Below are positions 61,775-64,000 of a stretch of DNA of 64,000 nt, in pieces. The stretch's first letter is position 1. Each line of letters starts with the position of its first letter. The stretch comes from Acidimicrobiia bacterium (lineage in GTDB: Bacteria > Acidobacteriota > Vicinamibacteria > Vicinamibacterales > UBA2999), in the NCBI GenBank assembly GCA_038144855.1, contig JAYQOO010000001.1:2237-66236 (forward strand), read 5' to 3'. The notes under the pieces were generated by a model. That model was not told the DNA's origin and ran no database searches. It worked only from the letters and a program-made list of their open reading frames with translations. A program made the translations under genes and the position numbers.

Positions 61775-63826
61775 CTACTGCTGCCCCGCCGTGGAGGTCG
61801 GCTTCGGCGCTTCCTTCTTTTCTTCGCCCGGGATTCGCTCCCACGTATACGACCTGTTGTGTACGTGTTTTTCGAACCACTCCATCTCGATCTGCACCTT
61901 GAAAAGGCGGTGCCGGAGCTCGGCCCACCCGTGACCCTCGCGCGGGGCCACATACAGGTGGGTCGGCACGCCGTTCGACTTCAGCGCCCTGAACATTTCG
62001 ACCGATTGCGGCAGCGGCACCCGCGGATCCTGCTCGCCGACCAGAAAAATCGTCGGCGTCTTCACCTTGGCCACGTCCTTCAGCGGCGAATGGTTCCAGT
62101 AGAGATCGATCGGCGCATTCGGCTGCCACGGCGATCCGCCAAACCACGGCGTGCGGAACTCGCGGTGATCGCTCTGCGCATACATCGAGATCCAGTTCGC
62201 GGCGCCGGCGCCGCTGCTTGCCGCCTTGAAGCGATCCGTGAACGTGACGATCTTGTTCGTCATGTGACCGCCGGCGCTCCACCCCATCTTGATCAACTTC
62301 GATGGATCCGCGACACCCATCGCAATCACCGCATCGGTGCCGAGCATCACGTCGAGGTGTGATTGCTTGAAGTAGCCCTTCACCATGTCGCGCAGGAACA
62401 CGTCACCATAGCCCGTGCTGCCGCGATAATTCGGGCGCAGCACCGCGTAGCCCTTTGCCGCGTACACCTGGTTCTCCGTGGAATATCCGAAGCGATCCGA
62501 TGCGGCAGGTCCGCCGTGCGTCTGCACGATCAGCGGATAGCGCGTGCCGGCCTTGTAGTCGAGCGGATAGATCAGCAGGCCCTCAACGGTGACGCCATCC
62601 TGCCCCTTCCACGTGATCTTCTCCTGGCGCGCGGTCCCAAACTTCGCCAGGTCTTCGTCAAACACCGCGGTGACCCGTTTGGGCTGCGATCCCGCGGCGG
62701 CGGCGAGCAGGTTGACCTCGCTCGCGCGCTCGGCTGTGTTGCGCGTGAACACATGCAGGCCGGCGTCCTCGTTGAACGACCAGCCGCCCAGGTTGTGATC
62801 ACCTTTGGTGATCTGCGTGACCTGCCGGCTGGCCACGTCCACCTTCATGATCTCGTTGTGCACGCCCATGTTCGCCGTGAAGTAGATGCTCTTGCCGTCC
62901 TTGCTCCACGACGCGTTCTCCACGCCATAGGGCACATCGGGCAACAACACCCTGGCGGCGCCGCCGGAGGCGGGCACCAGGAAGATCTTGTCGTTGTAGT
63001 AGATGTCGAACTGCTCGTTCGACGCCGACGTGAACATCACCGTCGATCCGTCGGGCGACAGCGACGCGTTGTCTTCCGGCACCATGTTCTTCGTCAGCTG
63101 CCTTGCATTCGCGCCGCTGGCGTCCATCACCCACACTTCGCCACGGTCGATAAACTCGAGCAGCGGGCTCGGCGTGCGCTCCATCGCCACGCGCGTGCCA
63201 TCGGCATTCAGGTCATAGCCGCTCACGCTCCAGGCACCTTCGGTGACGCGCCTGGTCTTGCCATCGAGGTCCGTCGTCCACAGGTGGCGTTGCTTGAAGT
63301 TGTTCTCCTCGAACGCATATACATCGTCTCGGAGCCGGTCTTTTTCCTTCTCCTCGGCTGTCTTGTCGTCCGCTGCGATGAAATAGATCGACTTGCCATC
63401 AGGCGCCCACGTCAAGGTCCCGGGCGCGGTGGGGTGATTCGTCAGGCGTCGCGCTTCGCCGCCGTCGACGTTCAGGAGATAGATCTGGTTGGTGGTATCG
63501 GGATCGCGGCGCGTCGTAAACGCGATCAGCTTGCCGTCCGGCGACCAGCGCGGGCTGTTCTCGCCGCGATGACCAAAGGTCAGTTGGACCTGTCCGGTAC
63601 CGTCGGCGTTGATGCGATAAATGTGACCAACGCGGCGATTCTGTTTCCAGTCGGCGCGGTCGATCGTGAACAGGATGCGCTTGCCGTCCGGCGACAGCTG
63701 CGGATCGCCAACCACGGGTTGCTCGAGCGCATCGATAAAGGTGCGGCCGCGTTTCTCCTGGGCACCCGCCGGCGACAACGCCAGCGCGCACAGCACTACT
63801 GCAACGCCGATTCGAACCCTCTTCAT
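61775..63826 (-). CDS. S9 family peptidase with PD40 beta-propeller
   Basis: AGGAG RBS; signal peptide; HGGP, NYRGSTGYG, GWSAGG, DPRV, EGHG. Confidence 0.92.
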   Translation of the reverse strand: MKRVRIGVAVVLCALALSPAGAQEKRGRTFIDALEQPVVGDPQLSPDGKRILFTIDRADWKQNRRVGHIYRINADGTGQVQLTFGHRGENSPRWSPDGKLIAFTTRRDPDTTNQIYLLNVDGGEARRLTNHPTAPGTLTWAPDGKSIYFIAADDKTAEEKEKDRLRDDVYAFEENNFKQRHLWTTDLDGKTRRVTEGAWSVSGYDLNADGTRVAMERTPSPLLEFIDRGEVWVMDASGANARQLTKNMVPEDNASLSPDGSTVMFTSASNEQFDIYYNDKIFLVPASGGAARVLLPDVPYGVENASWSKDGKSIYFTANMGVHNEIMKVDVASRQVTQITKGDHNLGGWSFNEDAGLHVFTRNTAERASEVNLLAAAAGSQPKRVTAVFDEDLAKFGTARQEKITWKGQDGVTVEGLLIYPLDYKAGTRYPLIVQTHGGPAASDRFGYSTENQVYAAKGYAVLRPNYRGSTGYGDVFLRDMVKGYFKQSHLDVMLGTDAVIAMGVADPSKLIKMGWSAGGHMTNKIVTFTDRFKAASSGAGAANWISMYAQSDHREFRTPWFGGSPWQPNAPIDLYWNHSPLKDVAKVKTPTIFLVGEQDPRVPLPQSVEMFRALKSNGVPTHLYVAPREGHGWAELRHRLFKVQIEMEWFEKHVHNRSYTWERIPGEEKKEAPKPTSTAGQQ

Positions 63827-64000
63827 GTCAGCTCTCCTGCGCGCCGATACTACCGCTCCAGCCGACCCAAAGCGGATCTTTTGTCTCGATAAGCGCGACC
63901 ATAGATGCTTCTTGACAATCTCATCCCCTCGGCGCATAACTAGCATCCTGCCAGCGCATGGTGGTGGGCCACCCGGTGCTTCCCCCACTGTCGGTAGCCT

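Noticed and set aside
63912-64000. TTGACA promoter-like site and GTGGG/CCCAC hairpin, possible ncRNA or leader
   Set aside because: Cut by the window edge; no recognisable RNA family

Overview
High-GC, densely packed bacterial chromosome segment. Gene content (ADOP-type permeases, DUF1552/DUF1592 proteins, ACIII, GTCCGGC..GCCGGAC palindromes) suggests Acidobacteriota, probably Vicinamibacterales; this is an inference. Main blocks: (i) a complete alternative complex III + caa3 (A2-type) oxidase operon (48.9-61.6 kb, minus) preceded by a near-perfect Rex-type operator; (ii) two convergent DUF1552 loci at 29-40 kb, one being diheme DUF1592 cytochrome + DUF1552 + exported ankyrin + non-canonical Tat molybdoenzyme, the other an orphan DUF1552 + ADOP permease next to a two-component system; (iii) many exported enzymes (two PQQ sugar dehydrogenases, a B3 metallo-beta-lactamase, metalloproteases, a PhnZ-like HD protein, signal-peptide methyltransferases). 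Three deletion-like chimeric junctions, two single-base frameshifts and one in-frame TAG point to gene decay or assembly error. Many genes look leaderless (TAnnnT 6 nt before the start codon). No rRNA, tRNA, CRISPR array or transposase was recognised. All calls come from manual motif reading; no searches were run.
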